Shown piece after piece: positions 30,062 through 38,488 of a DNA stretch of 64,000 nucleotides (position 1 is the stretch's first letter; every line of letters starts with the position of its first letter). The DNA lies in the NCBI GenBank assembly GCA_048937405.1, contig JBHLNF010000001.1, positions 480,001 through 544,000 of the forward strand, given 5' to 3'. The notes beneath the pieces were generated by a model. That model saw only the letters and a program-made list of their open reading frames with translations. It was not told where the DNA came from and did not search any database. This DNA is from Promethearchaeota archaeon. GTDB taxonomy: Archaea; Asgardarchaeota; Lokiarchaeia; Sigyniarchaeales; SOKP01. The translations under genes and the position numbers were made by a program.

Positions 30062-30415
30062 TTAATTTGTTACGATACATTTGTTAATTATTTCAAAAAT
30101 AGATGAAAATTCAACTTGATCCTCAGTAAGAATTATGATGATATTCCCAAGTATTTTGATCGATATTATATAAAAATTATCTGAATGGATGACGTTGAAA
30201 TCTGGAGCATGAACTCCAATTTCAGAAGTAATTTCTTCTGCTAATTCATACAATTGCGACATATTTAGCCCAATTGAGGATTTATTGAATTCTTCATTGA
30301 TATATGATTTAATTACAGCACCATTTTCAGATGTAATTAGAATAAAATAAACCTTGGCTCCAAAGGTTTTAATTAAATTATCGAGGACAAGGTCAAGTTG
30401 AAGTGTTGCTGTCAT
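30062..30415 (-). CDS. Roadblock/longin-like small protein
   Basis: 117 aa with the helix-ILITSENGAVI-helix-beta3-helix pattern of the roadblock/profilin-like fold. Confidence 0.55.
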   Translation of the reverse strand: MTATLQLDLVLDNLIKTFGAKVYFILITSENGAVIKSYINEEFNKSSIGLNMSQLYELAEEITSEIGVHAPDFNVIHSDNFYIISIKILGNIIIILTEDQVEFSSIFEIINKCIVTN

Positions 30416-30622
30416 TATGTTATATATAATATTTGGTATTAATAAATTTAGTAAGTTTTATGATAAAGCTTGTGATATTATTACTTGCTTTAAATATATA
30501 ATTTTAGGGATTAGTTGTAGTTTTATTACTAAATCTTGAATAAATAAAATTATCAGAAAAATTTAGCGAATAATAGTTTTAGTAGTATGCCAAACACGTA
30601 TAAAAAGACTTAATATTAGAAT

Positions 30623-31504
30623 TTAAATTTTGAAATACAGGTCAATCACTTGTTCAAAACTATGAAAAGGTGATAAATCCCCATTAAATTCAACCACATG
30701 AGAGTGGTAATATTTATCCATGAATTCTTCCATTACTAAGTGCATATATCTTTTTAAATTATCGGTATGGTTATCATTATTCACAATGTATGCAAAAATC
30801 ACATTGTTTTTAGTTTTCAAGAACATACGATATCCTCCTAGGTCAATATCTTCAAGCTTTAGCCCATATTCTTCTCTAGCAATGAAATCTTGCGAGTAAA
30901 TTAATATGGCTGATATAAAACCTGCGATTTGAAAGTTATTATTTGCCATATTCTGCCGATTTTTGTTAATCTTTGAAAAATACAAGAATCCTGCTTTATC
31001 TATGACAAAGATTCCAACTATCCCTTCTGCTTTTGGAATTTTTATAGCCTTTGTACAAATTTGTTCAATTTCAATTTTTGATAGATTAGTGGTCATACAC
31101 TTATATAATCGTTTTGAAAATTGATATAAATCATTGTATTTCATGGGATTCTCTATTTTATCAATGTAGGTCATTATTGTCTTATTATTTTCCTCTATTT
31201 CAAAGAAATGCATATATACATTAAGACTACCTATAGTATCTTTAATATACCCTTGTCTTTTTTCAAATATCAAGTCTTTATACAAATCAATTATCTTCAC
31301 TGTAAGTGTGATACCAATCCCTTTTTGAAAAAAAATTTCGATTTTTCCCCCAATATTCACCTTTGTTATACAAAAACCACGTAATTGAAAAATCTGGTTA
31401 TTTTCCTCTAAATTTTGGTAATTTTCATTAACAGTTATCATAGATTCTTGATATTTTTTTGTGCTAAATTTATCTTTTGTGTTAATAAAGTAATCATGTT
31501 TCAA
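30623..31504 (-). CDS. Protein with C-terminal longin/roadblock-like domain
   Basis: GIFVIDKAGFLYFS...IAGFISAILIYSQ...LEDIDLGG...VIFAYIV...EEFMDKY...F..FEQVID pattern. Confidence 0.6.
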   Translation of the reverse strand: MKHDYFINTKDKFSTKKYQESMITVNENYQNLEENNQIFQLRGFCITKVNIGGKIEIFFQKGIGITLTVKIIDLYKDLIFEKRQGYIKDTIGSLNVYMHFFEIEENNKTIMTYIDKIENPMKYNDLYQFSKRLYKCMTTNLSKIEIEQICTKAIKIPKAEGIVGIFVIDKAGFLYFSKINKNRQNMANNNFQIAGFISAILIYSQDFIAREEYGLKLEDIDLGGYRMFLKTKNNVIFAYIVNNDNHTDNLKRYMHLVMEEFMDKYYHSHVVEFNGDLSPFHSFEQVIDLYFKI

Positions 31505-31734
31505 CTATTTAAATTTAATTTATCAAATTAACAAAAATTTTTGACAACAAAAACATATCAAAGATTTTTTATATACTGGTTTTATTCTTCTTGTACTTTG
31601 TGAAATAAAATATGAAGATGGGTTTTAAAATTTATTCCTTAAAAATTAATATGAAATATATTGGAGTATTATCATTTATGGATATATTTCTGTTTAATAT
31701 CAAAATCAGATAAATTAAAAGGTTTTAAAATCTT

Positions 31735-31870
31735 CTACTCCTTTTTGCCATTTTTTAAGACCCTCGGTGACATTTCCACGCCATATGGCCCTCTTTCCTT
31801 CTCGAATTTCTCCATTTCCCTTGTTTTTAGCAATTCTTGTGGGATTTTGTCCCCCTCTAAATCAATTTAT
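31735..31870 (-). pseudogene. Possible frameshifted gene fragment (IDLEGDKIPQELLKTREMEKFEKER / AIWRGNVTEGLKKWQKE)
   Basis: GC-richer, coding-like stretch downstream of tRNA-Arg, broken by a frameshift and a stop. Confidence 0.35.
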
Positions 31871-32073
31871 TTTTTTACATATTTAGTAGTTTTTACACAT
31901 TTAATTTTTTTTGCACCAATATATTATTAAATAAAAAATAGTAAAAAAGGGATTTTATTTATTAAAATAGTCCTAAGTATTACTCTCTAATGAACATTTT
32001 TAATAGGTTATTCAATAAAAGGTCTACTTTTATTTAAGCCATTAAATTACATTCCATTATAAATATTATAGAA

Positions 32074-32206
32074 TGGGCCTGGCAGGATTCGAACCTGCGA
32101 CATTGGGTTCAATGGATTCATCCATTAAAAATCCCAGTCCGAAGCCGGGCACCCTTTCTGGGTTGCTCCCTCTTGGAAACAAAAATCCAGACTAGATTAC
32201 AGGCCC
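32074..32206 (-). tRNA. tRNA-Arg(UCG) with two non-canonical introns (D-loop 32156-32184; variable loop 32102-32130)
   Basis: Acceptor GGGCCTG/CAGGCCC; anticodon arm CCCGG-CTTCGGA-CTGGG; T-arm GCAGG-TTCGAAT-CCTGC; BHB helices CTGG/CCAG and TGGG/CCCA. Confidence 0.9.
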
Positions 32207-32291
32207 AATAAAAACTGGGGATGTAAATTATAATAATAATAATAGTAAAGGTAAATTAAATTTAATGTTTTAGAGGAGTACAGAATAAATA

Positions 32292-32729
32292 TTAGATATT
32301 TTCTGGTTTAAATCCGTTATTCATATATTTCAAAAATAATCGAATTAATTTTATAAATCTTAAGCCTTGTGAAAGATCTCCATCTACTTTAATTAATCCT
32401 CTCATAAAAGCATCAGCTCCAGATATCTCCCGTTTTAAAATCTTAACTAGGATATCTTTATTAAGTTTAATTTGAAAAGATGCACTTCTATTTATCCCTT
32501 TTTTGTAGATAACAGAACCGTGAGATATATTTAAACAGAAATTAAAATTAATATCTGTAATAATGAATTGGAATAAATCTGTATATTCTTCTATCTCTTC
32601 TCGTAGTTCTTCAGTATTCTTGATCTTATTTACTACAAATCTAATGATCTTATCAAAGATCGCGATAAATTCCTCATCTTGATTGTCCAAATCATGGATT
32701 ACAGAACTAAAGCCCTTTGAATTAAGCAT
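32292..32729 (-). CDS. SCP2 sterol/lipid-binding domain protein
   Basis: ISGADAFMRGLIKVDGDL C-terminal SCP2 motif. Confidence 0.82.
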   Translation of the reverse strand: MLNSKGFSSVIHDLDNQDEEFIAIFDKIIRFVVNKIKNTEELREEIEEYTDLFQFIITDINFNFCLNISHGSVIYKKGINRSASFQIKLNKDILVKILKREISGADAFMRGLIKVDGDLSQGLRFIKLIRLFLKYMNNGFKPENI

Positions 32730-32903
32730 AATTAATAAAGCTGTTCCTAATTCAAATAAATTATATTTTTATACCTAAATATTCTATATAATCTACATCA
32801 TCTTTAATTAATATAAATCTTTCTATTAGGTGTATTTAATACTAAACAAAATAAAATTTTTATATTTTCATTTATTCCTTTAATTAAATAACTATAATTT
32901 TTT

Positions 32904-33074
32904 GCGGCTATAGTGTAGCCCGGTCTTTAAGTATCAAACTTCCGTCTACTTAACCGAAAGCATTCGGGACTGTCACTCCTGTCCGAACAAGATGTATCTT
33001 GTACGTGGGAGACCGACGCGGGTTCAAAGGAAAGTTCTTCTCGAGCTTTTTAGAAAATCCCGCTAGCCGCGCCA
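32904..33074 (+). tRNA. tRNA-Asp(GUC) with three non-canonical introns (32927-32958, 32982-33013, 33029-33057); CCA encoded
   Basis: Acceptor GCGGCTA/TAGCCGC + G + CCA; anticodon arm CGGGA-CTGTCAC-TCCTG; T-arm GCGGG-TTCAAAT-CCCGC after splicing. Confidence 0.88.
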
Positions 33075-33392
33075 TTTTGAATTCTATCTTCATATATAAT
33101 ATTATCAAAAAAAGACAGAATAATTGACTTTAAAGCTTTGACAATAAAATCAAAATAATCTCTAAAAATTTCAAATTTATTTTTTAAATTATATTATTTA
33201 TACTATTGAAAAATTTTTTTTAATTTTACTAGTTTACATGTAAAATAGATAATTCTACTAAAAGTTTGAATAGGAGAATAATATAACCTTTTTATATCAT
33301 AATGACCTTTTAATATTGTTATTTATTTAATATTATCATAAATTATTTCCAAAATAAATGAGGAAAATTATACAAAAAGGTTGAAAATTAAA

Positions 33393-33827
33393 ATGGTTGA
33401 CGAATCATTATTAAAGAAGATAAAATCAGCTCAAGATGCTGGAGCAGCTAGTGCTTCTGCTGAGGACGTAATGCAGATGTATGAATTTGTTAAGCAGATC
33501 TCAAAAGAGAATGATGACCTTAAAGAAGAGCTTGAAGATATGGACATTGCCATCCAAAGTATTTTAACTGACATTGATAAGAAGGTCTGGTTAACAGTTA
33601 AAGAAGGTAATTTAGATTATGGTGAGGGAGAAGTGGATAACCCTTCATTTACAATGTCCTCCACACTCGAGGTAGGTGCGGGAATATTAATGGGGGAAGT
33701 AGATGCAACCTCAGCATATATGGCAGGAGATATTACCGTTGAAGGGAATCTTCAAGATGCCATGGCTTTCCAAGAGATTATTGAATTAGCTCTGGAAGCA
33801 TATGAAGATCTTATTGAAGATCTTTAA
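33393..33827 (+). CDS. SCP2 sterol/lipid-binding domain protein (acidic)
   Basis: GEVDATSAYMAGDITVEGNLQDAMAF. The ATG at 33393 is the more likely start than TTG at 33381. Confidence 0.88.
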   Translation: MVDESLLKKIKSAQDAGAASASAEDVMQMYEFVKQISKENDDLKEELEDMDIAIQSILTDIDKKVWLTVKEGNLDYGEGEVDNPSFTMSSTLEVGAGILMGEVDATSAYMAGDITVEGNLQDAMAFQEIIELALEAYEDLIEDL

Positions 33828-34121
33828 AGAATCATCATCCAGTCACAACCTATAAGCTTTTAAAGAAATCTTCTTTTTTTTTATTAAATTTTCTATAATA
33901 ATCTTAAATATCTCTTTTTTTTGACGTAAGTTTTAAAAAATACTCCCTCTATAGTAAGAAAGAAATAAAATTCTCATATAGATTGTGTTATACCTATAAT
34001 ATTTTACCTTAAAAATTGCATTTTAAAACATTTTATGAGATAATATAAAAAAATAAATCTGTGGATTATTATTATTTGGTTAAGGTAAATATCGACAAAT
34101 TTTATTATTAGGTGTTAAACC

Positions 34122-34742
34122 ATAAAAAATGTTTTAAAACAATTATGTGAAGGAACAGATAATCTTATAAATCAACAATTCTATAAAGGAAAAGATGTTA
34201 TTATTGGTAGAACACCTGAAATATCTTTAAAAATAAGTAACTCTGGGCAAATTATAAGAAAATTTAAAGATATATTCAATCAAAATTTAGATTTATTTTT
34301 AAAAGGAAAATACCTAGAATTTCTAAAACTCTTTAAAAGGATAAAAGGAATAGATGAAAATTATATAAGAGAAATCTATAAAGACCTCCAGCTTAAATTT
34401 GAATCTATAAAGGAGGCTGAAAATATTAACACAGTTATTATTTACACCCTTGTATTAAATTCTATTATATCCAGTATCAGAGATCTCAATTTTGGAGTAG
34501 CAATCAAAGAAATTAAAAAACAGATTTTAAAAAGAGCAAATCTACAAGAAACTGTAATTCAGAAAGAATTGGATATGCTATTCATGAAAAATGATAAAAA
34601 TGTTTCAATTTTATATAACATCTCATACCTAGATACATTAGCTGAGTCTTTTAATTACAAAAAAGTTGCTCATATCTGTAAAATTCAGAAGAGTAAATTT
34701 ATAAATCGGATTGCAAAAAGAATTATATCGCAATACAAATAA
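34122..34742 (+). CDS. Hypothetical 206-aa protein, probable ATA start
   Basis: Stop-free frame IKNVLKQLCEGTDNLINQQFYKGKDVIIGRTPEISLKI...NVSILYNISYLDTLAESFNYKKVAHICKIQK..; AGGTG SD-like motif 8 nt before ATA; no ATG/GTG/TTG until about codon 150. Confidence 0.7.
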   Translation: MKNVLKQLCEGTDNLINQQFYKGKDVIIGRTPEISLKISNSGQIIRKFKDIFNQNLDLFLKGKYLEFLKLFKRIKGIDENYIREIYKDLQLKFESIKEAENINTVIIYTLVLNSIISSIRDLNFGVAIKEIKKQILKRANLQETVIQKELDMLFMKNDKNVSILYNISYLDTLAESFNYKKVAHICKIQKSKFINRIAKRIISQYK

Positions 34743-34761
34743 AACTCGCTCAAGAAAAGCT

Positions 34762-35520
34762 TTAAAAATCCTTTAAATCCTCAAATAAAATATCAACAAA
34801 TATTTTAATAACAATTTTTCTCAATTCTTCATTATATATTCTTATTTCATCAGAGATCTCAATCTGAATTGTCTGACTTTTTGGAATAAGGGAAGCACCA
34901 TAAGTTTGCGTTATATACCCTCCAGTTAAAATATATTCCCTCCTTCTTGGATGACCTGGAGCAATTGATATGTCATATTCCAGAAATTTTTGAATAATTT
35001 TTCCACGGATATTATTTCCCCAATTTCTTTTTGGAATTGATTCTGGAAAGAATGATTCTAAATTATTAGTACCTAAAATTACATCAACATCTCGAAATCC
35101 AGGTGGACGATTATATTTTTCAAAACCGTGAATATCTATCAAAAATGAATGATTGTAACTCTTTAGATTATTTAATATCCAATCTTTAATTTTAGAATGA
35201 TAAAAATTATAGATCTCCTTAGCTAGCAATGATTCCTGATTAAAAGCATCTTTCTCAAGGCGATTTAAATCGATTTTACTTCTCCGGATCAAAGAAAAAA
35301 TATGATAAGGATTTTTTTTTTCAAAATTTTTATCTTTAAATTTTTGACTGATCTGGAATATAAGATTCCTAGAAAATTCTATAGTACTTTTATCAATTCC
35401 CAAAACTCCAGTTTTTCTATTAGGTATAGAATCGCATTCTAATATTCCTCCATGTGGAACTGAGATAATTAATGGTATATTACCTTCTTTATATTCAATA
35501 AACTCACTAAATTCAGACAT
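34762..35520 (-). CDS. N-formylglutamate amidohydrolase-like zinc hydrolase
   Basis: PLIISVPHGG, RSKIDLNR, YH, IDIHG, GGYITQTYG, QIEI. Confidence 0.75.
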   Translation of the reverse strand: MSEFSEFIEYKEGNIPLIISVPHGGILECDSIPNRKTGVLGIDKSTIEFSRNLIFQISQKFKDKNFEKKNPYHIFSLIRRSKIDLNRLEKDAFNQESLLAKEIYNFYHSKIKDWILNNLKSYNHSFLIDIHGFEKYNRPPGFRDVDVILGTNNLESFFPESIPKRNWGNNIRGKIIQKFLEYDISIAPGHPRRREYILTGGYITQTYGASLIPKSQTIQIEISDEIRIYNEELRKIVIKIFVDILFEDLKDF

Positions 35521-35556
35521 TTTTAAATGAATATAATTTATAGAATAAAAAATCTA

Positions 35557-36021
35557 TTAAATAATTGGTGAGTTATGTAGAGTTAAGTATCTGAGAATTA
35601 TGAAAATGCCAATCCAAACACCAAATCCAATAATTCCAAAACTATAATAACCAAACGCACTTTTGTCTTTTTCAAATATCAAGTACGCAAAAAGCCAAGT
35701 TCCAAGGCCGCCAATTGCACATAAAATAACATCAGTGGTCATATTTTCCCAACTATCAGGTCTATTTTCAAATTTCCATCCAAGAGCAAGTAATATTGTA
35801 TGTTCAATGATTTCCCAAAGAATCGCACATACAATAGTAAGAATAAAAACAAATAAAAGCGAAAAAATTGGAGTTCTCCCTTTTTTTTTTGGAATTGTGT
35901 AAAATAAGGACCAGAATAGAAACAAGCCAATACCTAAACAAATATGACCTATAGAATAGAAATCAAACCATGAAATTCCTACTTCATCAATATGAGTAGC
36001 AAAAAATTCATTAAATAACAT
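35557..36021 (-). CDS. Small integral membrane protein (H...WE..E...D motif)
   Basis: DFYSIGH, WEIIEH, DSWENMTTD; 4 TM helices. Confidence 0.7.
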   Translation of the reverse strand: MLFNEFFATHIDEVGISWFDFYSIGHICLGIGLFLFWSLFYTIPKKKGRTPIFSLLFVFILTIVCAILWEIIEHTILLALGWKFENRPDSWENMTTDVILCAIGGLGTWLFAYLIFEKDKSAFGYYSFGIIGFGVWIGIFIILRYLTLHNSPII

Positions 36022-36137
36022 AAATGCTTTTCCTAGTCTTTTTTTTCAATTCAATTTTAAAATAATAATAAAAAAATGAATATATATATACATCGGAGTT
36101 CAGATTTTAAGAGTTAAATATTTATATTTCTGAGATA

Positions 36138-37505
36138 ATGAATTACAAATTTATTTTAAAAAATACTGTATTATACAATATCAAACTAATGGTAATAGAA
36201 TATTTTGGTAATTCCAACTTGAAAAAAATCGCATTTCTAATTTATTACCATAAACAAAACTTTTATAGTTTGAATGCAATTGCTGGAGCGCTCGAAACAG
36301 ATGCCATTTTTGACAGTATTGATTTCTATTTTCTTCGCTCCTCAGACAAATTAATTGAAACATTAGAAGAAATTAGTAAAATATACCATACCTTAGTAAT
36401 TGGAATTTCATTTTCTACTATTCAACTTTTTGAAACATATGAATTAATTCAGAAATTAAAAAATCAAATTGAAAGGAGATATTTTATCATCGCAGGTGGT
36501 TCTCATCCAACTGGAGATCCATTTGGAACTCTGAAAATGGGATTCGATATTGTAGTGGTTGGTGAGGGAGAAGAAACAATAATAGAACTCATGCAAACCA
36601 TCATAAATAATGAAGATTATTCCAAAATCAAAGGAATTGCTTATCTTGATAATGAAAATAATTACATTTATACAGGTAAGCGAGCTTTAATTAATTTAGA
36701 TGAATATCCACCATTTCCTATTAAAAATACTAGATTTGGAGCCATTGAAATAACAAGAGGATGCCCTTATGTTTGTTATTTTTGTCAAACACCTTACATT
36801 TTAGGAACTTCTCCTCGACATAGAAGTATCGAATCTATTTGTCAGTATGTTCAAAAATTAGCAAATTATTATAGAAATAAAACCGATATAAGGTTTATAA
36901 CACCAAATGCTTTTTCCTACGGTTCCAAAGATGGAATGAGTTTGAATTTAAAAAAGCTTGAAGACCTTCTAATTAATATCAGAGAAATCATTGGTACTAC
37001 TGCTAAAATATTTTTAGGAACATTTCCGTCAGAAGTACGACCTGAACATGTAAATAATAAAACATTAGATTTAGTCTTAAAGTATGCTAATAATGATAAT
37101 ATCACTATAGGAGCGCAATCTGGAAGTCAAAAGATATTGGATTTTTGCCATAGGGGTCATACAATCGAAGAAATATCCAATGCTGTAGATTTAACTTTAA
37201 GCTATGATCTAAAAATTAATGTGGATTTTATCTTCGGTTTACCTGGAGAAAATGAAGAAGATGTTAAACTTACAATTGGTATGATGAAAGAATTATCCAA
37301 TAAAGGGGCTAGAGTACATGCTCATTCTTTTATTCCTTTACCCCAAACTCCCTTCTCTAAGGCACCTGTTAGTAGAATAAAAGATGTTTATAAAAAAGAA
37401 ATCATATCACTTATTTCAAAAGGTACTGCGTTCGGAGATTGGAAGAACCAAGAAAAATTAGCAATCAAAATTGGTAAATATTTTATGAACAAGAAATTGA
37501 AATAA
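36138..37505 (+). CDS. B12-binding domain radical SAM protein (TIGR04013-like)
   Basis: AGGSHPTG, VGEGE, EITRGCPYVCYFCQTP, RFITPNAFSYGS, FPSEVRPE. Confidence 0.88.
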   Translation: MNYKFILKNTVLYNIKLMVIEYFGNSNLKKIAFLIYYHKQNFYSLNAIAGALETDAIFDSIDFYFLRSSDKLIETLEEISKIYHTLVIGISFSTIQLFETYELIQKLKNQIERRYFIIAGGSHPTGDPFGTLKMGFDIVVVGEGEETIIELMQTIINNEDYSKIKGIAYLDNENNYIYTGKRALINLDEYPPFPIKNTRFGAIEITRGCPYVCYFCQTPYILGTSPRHRSIESICQYVQKLANYYRNKTDIRFITPNAFSYGSKDGMSLNLKKLEDLLINIREIIGTTAKIFLGTFPSEVRPEHVNNKTLDLVLKYANNDNITIGAQSGSQKILDFCHRGHTIEEISNAVDLTLSYDLKINVDFIFGLPGENEEDVKLTIGMMKELSNKGARVHAHSFIPLPQTPFSKAPVSRIKDVYKKEIISLISKGTAFGDWKNQEKLAIKIGKYFMNKKLK

Positions 37506-37511
37506 TACCTT

Positions 37512-38393
37512 TTATTTTAATAATTCTACCATATTTTCCTTTATTTCAATAAATCCTTCTTTTTCTAATTGATAAAGAATAGTTTCAATTCTCTTTAAAT
37601 TATCAATTTTCAATTTCTCCTGGATTGTAATAATTTCCATCCTCCCTTCCTTAATTAAAAGTTTTAGAAGTTCTCCCCTAATTTGTCTAGTAGATCCATT
37701 ATAAGGTGTCTGTTTTCGATAATGTGTACTTTTTTTATTTAGTTCTGGATGTATTTTCTTCAACATTACTCCATAATCCATTAAGGCATAAAACCATTCA
37801 CGAGGATTATCATGATCTACAGTTTTTTTTACTATTGATATGATTTCATTATCATTTACTTTATCTTTATTAGGGAAAAAGAAGTAAATATATACCCTTC
37901 TTATATTTGTTTCTATAAAAGCCACAGGTTTATTAAATGCAAATGCTAAGATAGAGGACGCTGTATTATGTCCTATTTGTGGAAATGACTTCAGAATTTC
38001 TAATGAATCAGGGAGCTCTCCATTAAAATCTTTAACTATAGTCTTTGCAATATTTTTTAGTGCTATTGCTCTTCTGTTATAGCCTAAACCTTTCCATTCT
38101 ATAAGAATATCTTCAACTGAAGCTGATGATAAAGATAAAAAATCTGGAAATTTTTCAATAAATTTTCTAAACTTTTCAGAAACTCTATCAGTTTGGGTTT
38201 GCTGGAGCATAATTTCTGAAACGAGAACTCTATAGGGTGAAATTTTCTCTCTAAAAGGAAAATTCCTCTTATGATTTCTATAATAATCATAAATAAATTC
38301 CTTAAATAATCCAATTATATCTAAAGTTAAACCTTTTTGTTTGTATTTTTTGTGGAAATCAGTAATAAATAGTTCTTCACGAGATTTTGACAT
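37512..38393 (-). CDS. mutY: A/G-specific adenine glycosylase, short MutY-like (HhH-GPD, no Fe-S cluster)
   Basis: PYRVLVSEIMLQQTQ, WKGLGYNRRA, IGHNTA, ETNIRRV, ALMDYG. Confidence 0.85.
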   Translation of the reverse strand: MSKSREELFITDFHKKYKQKGLTLDIIGLFKEFIYDYYRNHKRNFPFREKISPYRVLVSEIMLQQTQTDRVSEKFRKFIEKFPDFLSLSSASVEDILIEWKGLGYNRRAIALKNIAKTIVKDFNGELPDSLEILKSFPQIGHNTASSILAFAFNKPVAFIETNIRRVYIYFFFPNKDKVNDNEIISIVKKTVDHDNPREWFYALMDYGVMLKKIHPELNKKSTHYRKQTPYNGSTRQIRGELLKLLIKEGRMEIITIQEKLKIDNLKRIETILYQLEKEGFIEIKENMVELLK

Positions 38394-38488
38394 AGAATTC
38401 TGTAGAGTATATCTTTAATTAAATTTAAAAAAGAATATCATAATGAAATTTTTACTTTTAGAATATACTTCGTTTAATAATAAAATAA

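Noticed and set aside
31661-31930. 89-aa plus-strand ORF
   Set aside because: No recognisable features; the coding-like signal in this stretch is on the minus strand and is broken.
18594-33074. tRNA-targeted integrative element
   Set aside because: I found no duplicated tRNA 3' end and no integrase gene in the window.
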